Part shown: positions 24,820-37,306 of the stretch, piece by piece
Layout of the letters: every line of letters starts with the position of its first letter
Position numbering within the stretch: the stretch's first letter is position 1
NCBI GenBank assembly: GCA_002104905.1
Contig: MCFE01000511.1
Span: forward strand, 1 to 64,000
DNA length: 64,000 nt
DNA from: Basidiobolus meristosporus CBS 931.73
Taxonomy: Eukaryota; Fungi; Basidiobolomycota
Direction: 5' to 3'
Program-made: the position numbers and the translations under genes
The notes under the pieces: generated by a model
Databases searched by the model: none
The model's input: only the letters and a program-made list of their open reading frames with translations
What the model was told of the DNA's origin: nothing

Positions 24820-27800
24820 AAAACCACATGATCTACATATTTCTCAATCACTTCCAACATCTTGAAGACTCCTTCAACAGTTAGATCTCCAAGACAATTG
24901 CAATATGCAAGCCATAGGATCCATTAGGTTAGTTTGGTGATCAAAAATCCTCCAAGACTTGATTGCTACCTGAGCAAGCAGACTCCAAGGCCAATGATTT
25001 GTTTAGCGGTCAGTCAGACAGATACCCAAGACATAGGAATGGTGTGAGTGTAGAACCGGATGTTTTCGGTGGTATGCACCACGTTCTTATACTTTAAGCT
25101 CACGGAATATCTGCTGGATGATACTAGTGGGTGTTGGGATTTCTGAGAGGGGTCGAGTCTTTGACTACCACTTTAATGGGATCCCTTCCAACCGCCCAAA
25201 GCTGACAATTCAGCTCTCTGGGTCACCACGCTTCACCGGGACTTTTCAGAAATGAGAATTAGCGCCCGTTTTCAGCCGTGAATTTGCATTTGACATAAAG
25301 ACCATCACACACACCATCCTGGGTGGAGGATGAGGCCTAGCTTGTGGCTCGCAAGATGTTAGGGGCAATACAACACTGATGGACCCCGTGATCCGGAGCA
25401 CTTCGATCGAAGGAATGCCCGCTGGAGCCGTTAAGATCGAAGAGGAACAAGTGGGATGCGCACACCGGTCGAGGTCGACATGCCGCGAAACCTCCCCACT
25501 CTGGTGGGAGCGCACCAATCAGGATCACCCACATTCGCGGGGAATCTCTGGATCCCCGCCAGCAGAGTAGAGCCTGGAACTGGCCAAGGTGTGCATGGGA
25601 AGTCCGATCAGAATGTGGGACGTGGTTTGGCCGAGAGAGGTGAAGTATGTTCATATGACAACGCTCCTCCCTTGGTCTCGGTTAACTCATTGCCAGGTGA
25701 AGCACTCCCCCCCCTCAACTGATTCCGAAAGGTTCCGGCTGGTGGATGGTGGATGGTGGTACCAGCATCTCTCAGCTTCCAGAGACAACTCTCCAAAACG
25801 GTGACCCAAATCGTTGGCAGCTTTCGAGTCAACCAGGAACTCCCTCCCCCCGCTACCCCACCGGGTAGATCAGGGCTGTATCGATTCGCATCCAAAGCTT
25901 CATGTTCATCCGCCGGATTTGTACATCATCTAGGTGGGGAACCAGTTTTGCTCACCACCACCGTTGGGAAGCGGCCGCCGTAGAATGGGGAACCGGTGGG
26001 GGAGGGGGTGGACTCTCTACACCGGTTCGGACAGATTGTCTTCGTTGATCATTCGCCCATTGGATAGGCGTGAGGACCTGGTGGAATGCTCCACACGTCC
26101 AAACACCCATCCACCTGACATCACACCCAACCCAAAAGCTTAACCGGATTCACCGGATCATGGTGACCGCATTCACAACAGGCATCGAAATAGCAAAGGG
26201 TTGTAGCGGCCCACCGAGACGAAACGCATGGGTCCGAGGTCACCCGACCAGCCACTCAAAGGACAGTTCCATCCTGGCGACCCATTCGATGCTTCGAACC
26301 AAGCCCGCCTCCTCCGGCTCCTAGGGTAGCCGCCTTGGGTCATTCCAATTTCCTCCTTTGGATGGAGGGAGGGGGTGAGAGTGACAGGGCCGGGATTCAT
26401 TCATTGGGTAGGGTATCTAAGGTGGATCCCACCTAGAACCCGCGATTCCATGCCCCAACAATGGGTTGGCGTGAGGTGAACGCCGATGCCAATGCTAATT
26501 TGGGACAGGCCACGGGCTGCCCACCTCCGGATCATTCCAAGCCAGAAAGATCCCTTCACCGCATCCCTCTGTCCTCCACGGTCCCACCATGGCCCACCTC
26601 AGCAGGAGAATCCACGGGTTGGTTCAGGTAGCCCCACATGGAGAAAGGAACCGCGCACCGGGGACCGGCATCTTGATCAGGCGAGATGGATGGTCCAGTT
26701 GTGACCCGATCCAGCGTGCGACAGGATCTCATCTCTGAATCCCTCATCCGGACAGCCTTTGGCATCCAGTCGATGAATACGCTGAAGCGAGGGGAAGTCT
26801 TCCGAGAGGAAGGGATGTCCCCCCCCCCATATCGTGCACCTGACTCGCCCTTGTCGTACCTACCTCCTTGTGTGGGATGGATGTTGTGGAGTGGCCAACC
26901 TGGTCAAAATACGAACCCCTCGGACGGTTGGACACCGACGGATCCCCTGGGGCCTCCTTCCATCCCCAGGTCTCCTCACCAGTCGAACGATTTCCTGGCG
27001 CTTGGAGATAGGCATGGGGTTGCCAACGATGTAGCAACACTCCTCCGCTTGGCCTGCCGTAGATGATCTCCCATGCTACTTAGGGTGGTCGGCTGGGGGT
27101 AATGGACGCCAACGTGCGGTGATGAAATACCGCTTACTTGGGATGCGACGACCAAGGGATCAGAGACCGGGTGCACTCACGATGTAAGGGAGCACACGTT
27201 AGTGTATACAGCGACCCAGAGTCGTTTCCTGGATGCAACATCTCTAGCCGGCACGACGGGGCTCTCTGCCCGATGAAGCTTGGTGGGAACACCTGACGGA
27301 GCTGGGTATGGGCTTCGGATGGGCGGATGTCGGTTCCCTTGGGTCCCAACCGGCAAAGGGTTCCTGGTTGGTTTGGATGGGGTTCAATCGAGACCATTCG
27401 TGACAAAGGTGGGGAGCGTCACCTCGGTAGGGGGAGGGTGTTCCTGCGAATTCATCGGCCAAGCTACCCACCCGAAAGCCCACTGCTTTGGATCCCACCT
27501 AAGGTCGTGAATGTCGCTCAGGTGCTTGGGTGGACGTAGGCGTGGACCCACGGCGACCAATCCTTTGAACCAGGTGGGGGTGGACCTGTATGGTGGTAAC
27601 CACCTGATCCAACTCAATTGGACAACTTGGGGATTTGGCATCGGCACTGATAAAATCATCCTCGCCCATGGAGAATCTTCAGCTCGGGCCAAACATAGCG
27701 AACCTTAATAGATGGAGCCAGCCGATTTCGTGCAAATCGATCTTGTCACTCACCATGTGACCCCCCCCCAAGGACGCAGTCAGCTGGAGCGATCGTGTAT

Positions 27801-30167
27801 GGGTCGAGCAGGATGCCGCCCTCCGATGAATTCAAGGGTTGGTGGCGGGGAAGGGGAAGGGGAAAAGAAAAAGGAAGGACACGGACAAGGGAAAACCTAT
27901 GTTGGACCCGGGTGGACGAGCCGTGAATTGGATCCTGGGCGGAGGAGGAGGAAAGATGCCGAGACTGAGCTGGGACCTCATCCCAGGCCACAAATAGCGA
28001 GCAACAAGCAGAGGGGAGGGGGAATCTACGGTTATGGAATTATCCACCAATGCAGCGAGGCGAGAATACGGACACGATGGGATAACGGTAGCTTCTAGCG
28101 CACTGTGGCCGTGGCCAATGGGAAGACAAGATGAACTAGATAGCTGATTACCTCGATCCTCGACTTTCCCGATCCCAACTGGAAGGGGGATCCCCCGGAT
28201 CCTCCACCGGATATGGTAGTTCGTGCAAACGGTCCTCTGGTACGAATTCCTACTAGTGGCCACACCGGTCGACCAAGACACGATTGGTTCATTGGGATCT
28301 GGTGATAGTGTAAACCAGATCAGTGGTAAATTGGTTGCCAACATGGTGGCTGTATTATTGCTATATCATTGGGGTGGTCTCACCGGCAATTCCACCCATC
28401 TCCACTGGGTGGGTATGAGAAATGACATAGGTCAGGGATCTGGTTCTGGTTTATTTACAGTTACAGTTACAGGTACAAGCACAGTCACAGGCACAGGCAC
28501 AGGCACAGCTATGGATGTAGGTATGGTCATGGAGGTGGACATAGCTAAGGATGTGAGGACGGGGGCAAGCGTGATTAGGAACTGTGAAGTGGGTTCGGTT
28601 CCTAATGCCCGAAAGGAAGATGAGGCTGGTGCCTTGGCTGAGACAGGATCCGGATTAGCATGGAGGGCACGCATAGACATATGGGGACCCAATCCTGATT
28701 TAAGTCAACAATCGCGGTATGAACCAATGGTGTGGTGAGGTAAGGCATTTTGGCGTGATCAAGACATCGATTTTCTGGACCCAATTCTTGGTACGGACTG
28801 GCCATAGGCTCGCTGACTGCCCACCGGTCAGACAAGCATCCCCACCACGGCGAATCGAATGGTTTCTGCTGACCAATCCTACCGATTCGGTCTCCCACGA
28901 TCCGCATCTCCCTCACTCTCCTGGCTACCAACCGCCCCGGTGGAGACTGGGGGCACGGATGACGTCAAGGCTCCAAATGAAACTCCCCGACACATCCGGA
29001 TCACCAACCATTCGACTCGCCAGCATCACTCATCGTGACCAAGCAGATCCCTGTAGTCACCAAAAGGCACGGGAGACGGGCAGTGGTGATTGGAGGGCAA
29101 GGTCAGCCCAGAAACGATCTCGCTCCCCTGCTACGGGGATCAGATGACTAGATCCGAATGGGAAGGTTTTGGCTAGGGAGAGACATCGGAAAAGACAAGG
29201 CTTGGGTGAGTACAGCTCAGGCAGGAATCCCCCTCAGGACCGTTGTGCTTCGTGAGCACACCAATCAACACCCCCCACTTCTCGGATGGAGACCAATCTG
29301 GTGTTCAGTTCGGCAAGCCCATCGGAGAATCTCCCCCGAGTTAGTCCGCTGATTGGGTCGAGTGGAATCGTGTGGATTGCATCCAGTTAACCTAATTCCA
29401 TGTCAAGGATTTTCAACTCATTTGCCCCCGTCCGTTCGTTCAGACGGCAGCCGGCACCATGAGGGTGGTGCGGTTGGGCTACAGCACTATGGCTCAGCAG
29501 CTTCATGACTTGATTTCTCGCTCATCTCCTTCACAGCTGGTGGTTAGGTTTGCTGTGCCGGACGTGCTGATTCGACGACCAGCAAACCGGAGAGTGGTAT
29601 CATTTCCGTGGTGCTACATACGTGCATGGAGGGGGAAAGATTGACTACAGAGGTGGCGACCATATTTGGCCATCGATGCGGTGTAATGAATCCAGAACCT
29701 TACTCATGATTTCAGGTTGAATCCCATAGGGTCTGAACTGAACCCTAATCTCTCGATGCGACCGGCATAAAAGGGAATGGTGAGTGGAGCGCAGGGTAGG
29801 GTTAGGTTGGATGGGGGTGAGAATGAAGAAATCCCTCACGGTTGTTTGGAAGCATGCGTCATGTGAACGTTGCGGCAGAATTGCCCGGCTACCACCAACC
29901 AATGTCAGGTTCACACACTAATTTCGTACCATACATGGATGGTCAAACCCAACCGGTAAGCCATTTAATACTAGACAAATACAAAACGTGGGCACATGAG
30001 GCAACGGTATGGGGAGATTTCGCTCTATGGGTGGGTTCCAACACATTGATGGTGAATATTACGATGATGTTGGGGGGAGGAGAATGACGGAGGGGTTGAT
30101 GCTGAGATGGATGAAAGCTACATTCATAATATTACATTACAGTGGGTCACGATACAAAACATATCAA

Positions 30168-32199
30168 TCATTGGAATTGGTTGAATCTATTGGCGTGGTT
30201 TCCGGGACGGGATGTTGGAACCGGTGTGCTCGGTGGCTGCGGTGGCAGATTCATGAGCGAGCTGATGTTGGGCAGCCGATGCATAGATGGATTCGTATTG
30301 GGTCCCGGGCTTGGTGGGTGATAGTAGTGAGGATGATCTGATAGTGTAGGCGGCTGATATGTTGACGACTGTGTTGAAGCAGGATGGTTATCTGACCACC
30401 TGGCTTGAGGAGTTCCTGGGAAGTGTGGCCTATGCACGCTCTCGTACTGTTTATCGCTAGCCTTGTTACCCGGCAGATAGGAATGAGGCGGCTGTGATGA
30501 CCGGTGTGTGTCGTACTCGCCAGCGATGAGAGTGCGTGTGGGAATCGGGGCTGGATAGGAGCTGTTCTGAGGGGAAAGGAGATTCTGGATGGACAGCACG
30601 GAATCGCTGTTGGAGCGCAGCGCTGGGACAGGGGATCTTCTTGCTCTTTCGTTGAATAGGTGATTAGACCCAATGGACTTCTCGGAATCGGGGGTATTTC
30701 GAAAACTTGGGATGTATGTTGACGGAGACTCGTGTTTGAGATCCGACGAATGCTGCCAGTGAGGACGTGTGGGGGTGCTGGGTTTGGAATACAGTGGAGT
30801 GTACGGGTCAAGATGTGTGGGGAATGAGCTTCTGTTGGGCCCCTTGGTATCTAAGTAAGCCGGGCGCTCAGGCGAATGGGATGGTGGGAATGGCCCAGGA
30901 TAGTATCCAGGTTGATAGTGACTACTTTCTGTCGACGGGTGAGCTGAGTTCTCTGCCGACCTCCTTTTGACGGGTTTGTAGTATTCTTGGTCCTCCGAAG
31001 AGCGTTTTCGTCGGTCCTCCGCCTCGATATGATCATCCTCCGAAGATCCAGAACCCCCGGACTCCTTCTGCCCATTCCCCGGGGCCTTGATGCTTGGGGG
31101 ACTCTTGCTCTCAAACTTCAGGGTGTCGCGCTCCGAGGGGGAGCCTGCACTGTCTTTCCACTTGCTTCCTCGTCTAAAGAAGGGCCGTTCAATAGATGGG
31201 CCGAGATGGATTATGCAAGATGACATATACCTTCGTATTTCCTTACGAATGCGTATTTTCAATCCTTGATCCGCAAATGAACGTGATAATGGCGTGGATT
31301 CTGCCCAGTGAAAAAAACGGATCAGTACATGAGCATCGAGGGAGAAGCGACCAAAATGAGCGGATACCTTCCATTCCGGGAAAACGCTTAGCCGAATATA
31401 CCGTAAATGTATCAGAGCATATGGAGCTGCAGTAGAAGACCTCCATCCTACAAATCCACCGTACATTAGTTTCCGGGAAGGGGAAGCACCACGCGAGTGG
31501 GCGGTATTGGGGGGCTGCACCTACCCAACGATCTCAAACAGGGTAAATTTCAATCGATATTTCCCCTCCATGCGAACCGATAGGTCGGGAAAGACGAAGA
31601 ACCCGCCGTCCGAATTATCCTCGTCCTTCAAGTGATACAGGGAAGAGACGAGCGAGCCGGTGGTGGAGCGTGTTTTGCCATCCTGAAGCAAATGCATCTC
31701 GTCGTCGGAATCGGCCAGCATTAGAGACGCGTACATGAAGTAATAAGGGTTGTAGAGGAAGGTTCTATCCAAAAGAGATACGAAGTTTGAGCACATGGGC
31801 GAAACCCTTTCCGCCGTACCAGAAACCCCCACTTACGTTTTGTCCAGCTTCATGGAAATGTCCGACACCCTGAGTTGAATGATTGGAGGTGGGTCGATAG
31901 GGCGTCTGTCGGCTAAGGACGAGCGGTTACGAGAAGCAGGGAGAAAGATTAGTCCTCTGTTGAGCAGACAACTGCGGCTCCGCTATACCTTACCCTTTTC
32001 ACCTATACCACACATGCGGGATTGCTTCGGCTGTTGTCTCAAAGTAAGATCAAAAATCCTTGAAAAGAAAGCACCGCATTAGGTGTGCTCCTTTGTAGTG
32101 ACAATAAGGGAGGGAGGGAGGAGAGGCTACTTACAATTCATGTCGCGAATGCCGTTTTTGATGTACTTGTGCAAATTGGTACGAGAGACTTTCGTCCAT
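30168..32199 (-). CDS. Velvet-domain transcriptional regulator (spliced)
   Basis: Exons give [121 protein letters not shown], then a Pro/Ser-rich tail. All introns are GT-AG. Subfamily (VosA/VelB/VelC) not assignable by eye. Confidence 0.93.
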
Positions 32200-34112
32200 A
32201 TCCAGAAGTAATACAGATAGGAGGCAGAAATATCAAACGGGCTAGCTAGCTACGAGAATGGTGGCGGGCAGTAATATGGTTCAAGGAAATGATGTATCTT
32301 CTCTCGCACCCAAGGCTGGACCTGAAGTAAAGAGATGTTTGGGGAAGGAAATTCGGGCAATGGTCAAGTAGTGCAGAATCGAATTAAAATGCGGATGACT
32401 CAGGGTAGAGGTTTGGCAGAGCTTCGGTGGGCCACTTTGAAGAACAAGGTACAAATATAATCACCCGCGAAGTATTTACCTATTTATTACAACGCGCTCG
32501 AGATGTTCATGTAATTCAATCAACTGAGTAACCTCAATACAGGCCCAGAGGAAGTGGGGTGTCTCAAGATCAATAAGTATATGTATATCAACGTGTATAT
32601 ATACGTACTCGCATATATATGTATCAGTGATTACTGTCGTCGCTGGCTTGCCAATTCCAGCAAATCCCATTAAATTGCTCTCTCATTAGTGGGTGCTCAG
32701 CCAATCCGATTATGGCAGCCATCAAGGTTCTTAACAAATTTTCCGCGAGAGACAGAATCTTGACTGATGCTATATAGAGAGACCGAATCTTGCCTGATGC
32801 CATATTGGGGCAGCAAATCCATTTATGGCCGTTGCAGGGAACGAGTGGACATATACAAGGCCGTATTGTCCAACAAATATATATATACATGGGATATCGC
32901 TATCCGCCCTCGACGGGGTGGAGGGAAATGTCGCTGTGTTTGGAAATCCATGCTTGATCTAGAATAGAACCCTTTCTTCGTATAGCCTATTTAGAGTTTA
33001 GCTGCTTAATCAGCGGTTTACGGTTTACGGTTTGCGGTTTTGCGGTTTTGCAAACGACTCCCGATTTGGGCCAAGTAGGTTACGTTTGTTCGTGATCTAA
33101 TTCATCGACAATAGATGACTCACCGAATGATTCCTGGTCTGTGGACACAGTGCTCAAGTCACAGTAATACACTGATCATCTTGCATGTTGAAAGCCCAAC
33201 AGATCGGTTCTATTCAACCAGCAGCAGGGGCTCGACATGATTGTAAGCTTAACGAGGGGACAATCACGATGTAAGCGAGATTCCCTGGTGCTTTCCATTG
33301 ACACGCCAAGATAAACCGGCTTGAGTGCAACATTGAATAAACCAATTATCTTGAGACACACTTCATGTTTCCCCCTATATATATCCATCTCCTGTAAGCA
33401 GTTTAATCTAACTGGCTTCAGTTACTTTGTACTATGATGCAGTTTGGCTCATTCTGATATTTTCAGCTGGATGCTGCTACACAATCCATTTCTTTTAACT
33501 ATGACTTGCATATTATCATACTTTTCCCTTTTCCTGGTTGCTAATAGAGCAATCTCTATTATCCTGCTATCCCCACCTGATTGCTGACTAATTAAGGATA
33601 TTTCACACTGTGAAGTAGTAGGTAATCACACAAGAAATACAGGCTTGGATTATGGTTGATTAGCATATCAATGCAGACATGTGAATCAGGAGAATGTTGC
33701 AAATCCACTCATGTGTATTTTTTGCTATATTTGTGGTGAGCTGCAACCTGCAACTAATATAAACTAGCCAATGCACCTGCTTTTCTCCGTTGGTGGTATG
33801 GTAGTTAGTTACTCGAAAACCCCAACACCTGAAAGTGTGGAGTCAAGATTGAATTAGTGTTGGTCACAATACAAAGAAGGGTCAACAATTCATTTGTAGC
33901 AAAAGAGAAGCCTGGGGATCGTGATTTGAACCCCCTTATCCACTTCACCTGCAAAGATCATTCAGATTAGGCAATTGACTCATCCTCCTTCATCTCATCA
34001 GGGAGAGCAAATTTTCATTGGCCACCGAGGGATAGACATTCCAATAAATAGGTTCATCCAGCCTTCAGGGGGGCTGACTGCTATTTCTTGCAACTGAGCC
34101 GTATTCTCGAGA

Positions 34113-34794
34113 ATGCAACCAGTTTGTCTATCTTCAACTTCGACCGAGCCACCTCACACCAAACAGGGCTTCAAGAGTGTTCGTAAACCTAGGGTGGAGC
34201 CATTAATCCCCTCGACACAACGCACTTTCACCCACGAGGCCACCAAGTTGCCATACGTACTGGAATATTCGGCTCATGCTTGCACCAAACGCTTCCTGCG
34301 AGAACTAGCCTTCGTGTTCCCCTCCGTCAACACGGAGGGTTGTTTGATCGTGCCTACCTTCCAACCTTGCCAGTACGACCTAGTTGCGGTCGGAGACGAC
34401 GTTGCTAAAGAGAAGGATGACAAACTAGAGAGCGTGAGTACACCGTGCCCCTTGACCCCAACTTGGCTCTGTTCGCTGATGGGTTTTTTTCACCGTTATG
34501 TAGTTCTACGATTGGGCCAACAGGGTGTGCAAGCATCTGCACAGTAAAGGATACTGGGCAGATTTCACCGACCCCGCCTCTGGGTACCCAATCTTTTCCG
34601 AGCGTGGCCCCTCTTACTATCCGGATGTGATAGGGGCGGAGCTGTTCCTGAAGTACGAATTGGTGAACACAGGCTGTTGCCAGATCATGTACCATCCGGT
34701 GTACGGCACCAAATCCTATCCCGCCACCATGTTCACCACCGCCCCGGCCTCCGAACTCGCGGCGGCCATCGAAAGGATTTCCCTTCGTGACTGA
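34113..34794 (+). CDS. MMADHC: MMADHC/CblD-family cobalamin trafficking protein (2 exons, ~203 aa)
   Basis: Exons 34113-34433 and 34504-34794 (GT-AG, phase 0); motifs TFQPCQYDL, GYWADFTDPASG, GCCQIMYHPVYGT, PATMFT. Confidence 0.85.
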
Positions 34795-35273
34795 GCGTCC
34801 CATCCGACGCTAGCCTATTGTTTGTTTTTTCACGCATCATGGAAACCGAGCCACCTCTTTTCACGGACATTGTTATTTCAGTTGATTTATGGACACTTTC
34901 ATCACTTATCTCATATCGGTTTGTTTGTTTGGCCTCGAGCCTATCGGAGTGGGGCGTGGATTAGATGGATAAGCACTCGCCCACCTGATCAATAAATGCC
35001 CCAAGATTAGATTTGATCTAGATGGTTACACCGTTCTGCTACACGGTGATTTTATTAGGTGGGATAGCGTACTACTTATGCACAACGTCCAGTCGGAGGA
35101 AAGGAAATGTGGGCGTGGTTGAACATGGGGAGTAGGGTAGAGGAAATGTACAGGTGATATTGAACAGTGGGAATGGAGCGGCGGCGGTCAGTCGATAGAA
35201 TGGGCATTATATCTGACAGCTTGGTGGGGAATGGTGGGTCTATCTCGAGTCCCCCCACGAGAAGTCTGGCGAG

Positions 35274-36623
35274 TTAGGAGTGGTTCGGCCAGGCGGTGGA
35301 GGTCACCCCATGCGAATGTTGATGTTGATACAAGAATTCTGGTTTGGTGTTCGATGGCCCGTGGCTTGATTTGTAGGGAGTGTTGGAGATGGGAAGGTTG
35401 ATGGCGTGATCCAGACCAGCCAAGATGCTTGACGTGCGAGACAACAGCATGCTGAGATGGGTGATCTCGCGCTGTAGCTCCTGGCGGTGTGCTTGCAAGT
35501 CTTCCCGGGTGAATTGATTAGGCGCGGGATACGAAGGATACTCGCAGCCAGGTGGGAACCCTTTGGATGATAGGTGCGAAGGAGGCGAGACGGGCCGCTC
35601 TTGACCATTCAGGTGTGGGATCTGGATAGGCGGGAGGGTGGGTCGGGAGCTATCGTAGACGGAAGCCGAGAACGAATCCGAAGTACGTGGTGAACTTGGA
35701 GAAGAGGACGAGTCGGAGCTCTGAATATGTGGAGACAACGAAGCAGAGTGATGGATAGATGGGAGCGAGTGAGCACTATCGGTAACGAAGGAGGAGTCGA
35801 TTGATACCCTGCCCGAAGATAAGCCTGAGGATTGGATATCATGGGACCCATCGCAGCAATGGTCGACTCTACGATGCTTGGCGGCATGCTCATGTTCGCT
35901 GGGAGTAGGGGCCGGACAGCAACTATGCTGCGAGTGATGAACTGGCTCAGTGGGATAGCAGTGATCATGATGGCAGCAAGACTTTCTTCTTTCCCCATGG
36001 TCCTCACCACACAGACCAGACGATTTAAGATGAGTGCGGGCGGTTGGATTTCCACTGTGGAAGTTTCTCTTGCGTCTCTTGATCACGGAGCGCTTCATGC
36101 TTACCGGGCGATGAACTCCGTGCAGCTTGAAGTATAGTCCACAAGCGTTACAGATCGTGGTCCCAGTCTCGTCGCGGCGCCATAAAGGGGTGGTGTCGGT
36201 GCCACAGTTGCTGCAGATGAGGTTGCTTCGGTTTGCTTGGGTCTGACCAAATGAAGAGCAATCGCCGCAAGGAGGTGTTGGTGAATTGGATTCACGCTGG
36301 GCATCTCCTGCGCAAGGATTTCTCGCACTTTCATCCCCCGAGGATGGTGGGCCAGATTCCTTGGGGGAGGCTCTCTTAAGCCATTGGGGGCGAGTAGTGT
36401 TTCGAGACTTCATATACAAGCCGCATGCATTACATATAGCATCTCCATTGGCAGCACGTCTCCACAAAGGAGTGGTGGTGGTGCCGCAATTGGAGCACAC
36501 TGTGGAAGAGCCACTAGAGCCTCTTCCCTTAGAGCAAAGCTCTTTATTGGTTTCAGTTAAACAGGAAGGCTCGGCCATCTCTTGTTGAAGGCCAATGCTT
36601 GGGTGGTTGTCGTCAGGACTCAT
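35274..36623 (-). CDS. Two-finger GATA transcription factor, SreA/Fep1/Urbs1-like
   Basis: Two C-x2-C-x17-C-x2-C fingers ([18 protein letters not shown]; [18 protein letters not shown]), a Cys-containing linker and a C-terminal coiled-coil-like [18 protein letters not shown]. Single 449-aa ORF. Confidence 0.9.
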   Translation of the reverse strand: MSPDDNHPSIGLQQEMAEPSCLTETNKELCSKGRGSSGSSTVCSNCGTTTTPLWRRAANGDAICNACGLYMKSRNTTRPQWLKRASPKESGPPSSGDESARNPCAGDAQRESNSPTPPCGDCSSFGQTQANRSNLICSNCGTDTTPLWRRDETGTTICNACGLYFKLHGVHRPVSMKRSVIKRRKRNFHSGNPTARTHLKSSGLCGEDHGERRKSCCHHDHCYPTEPVHHSQHSCCPAPTPSEHEHAAKHRRVDHCCDGSHDIQSSGLSSGRVSIDSSFVTDSAHSLPSIHHSASLSPHIQSSDSSSSPSSPRTSDSFSASVYDSSRPTLPPIQIPHLNGQERPVSPPSHLSSKGFPPGCEYPSYPAPNQFTREDLQAHRQELQREITHLSMLLSRTSSILAGLDHAINLPISNTPYKSSHGPSNTKPEFLYQHQHSHGVTSTAWPNHS

Positions 36624-37165
36624 GGATATCGATTATGAGTCGGGAATTTTTCCGAACAGTTTAATCTCTCTGCGGGATAGAGCGGCGGTCAGGTGGGCGG
36701 AAGGAAGGTACGAATACACGGCGGAGCAATCGGAAGCCAGAGGTTGGTTATGGAAAGATTCAAAGGATGAAGCTTTTATCAATAGTGCTCCGTAGCGAAA
36801 CCCGGCGGTATTTATAAGCATCGTGGCTATCAAAGAATCAGACTCCGGTCTCAAGTTGCTGCGCTGAATGACCATATACGAACTAGACATTACCAGTTGG
36901 CGCACAAGCATGTGTGGATGCAATTGGATTTCCTCCAAAATGATACGAATCCCATCCATTCCGGTGATGTCTCACTACTTTTCTTCACTCTATTGTTTAA
37001 TCAATCCCACCATATATGGACCGCATCCGCTAACCAATAATTACAAATGGTAGCATTCAGAGGATTCTGGGTTATACCGAATCCCATAGGTTCGCTCGAG
37101 ATCAAGATGCGATGATTCGTTCGATACCGCACCTGGTGATTGGGTAAATCACATAGACGATCGCC

Positions 37166-37306
37166 TCTGATAAAACAAACCCCAAGTGCATCATGAAAAA
37201 GGATAATCAGTGGATTGGTCTTCTAGCTCCAGATCTGGGCAAAGATATCCATCTCTATGGTAACATTATTCACGAGGGGTTGGGATAAGCAATGATAATC
37301 TTATCA
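37166..37306. promoter_or_regulatory. Cluster of GATAA sites upstream of the GATA factor gene
   Basis: TCTGATAA 37166, GGATAA 37201, GGATAA 37283, and the inverted pair TGATAA-TC-TTATCA 37293-37306. Confidence 0.45.

Noticed and set aside
1-24900. Classical CpA-targeted RIP
   Set aside because: CpA and TpG are abundant in the repeats; the missing dinucleotide is CpG.
27832-28692. Secreted Val/Pro/Thr-rich protein on the minus strand
   Set aside because: Interrupted by stops, no convincing splice sites or signal peptide; the VP run comes from a 6-nt microsatellite.
36633-36959. 108-aa ORF ending 10 nt before the GATA gene ATG, in the same frame
   Set aside because: No recognisable protein features; could be a uORF but the TSS is unknown and such ORFs arise by chance.
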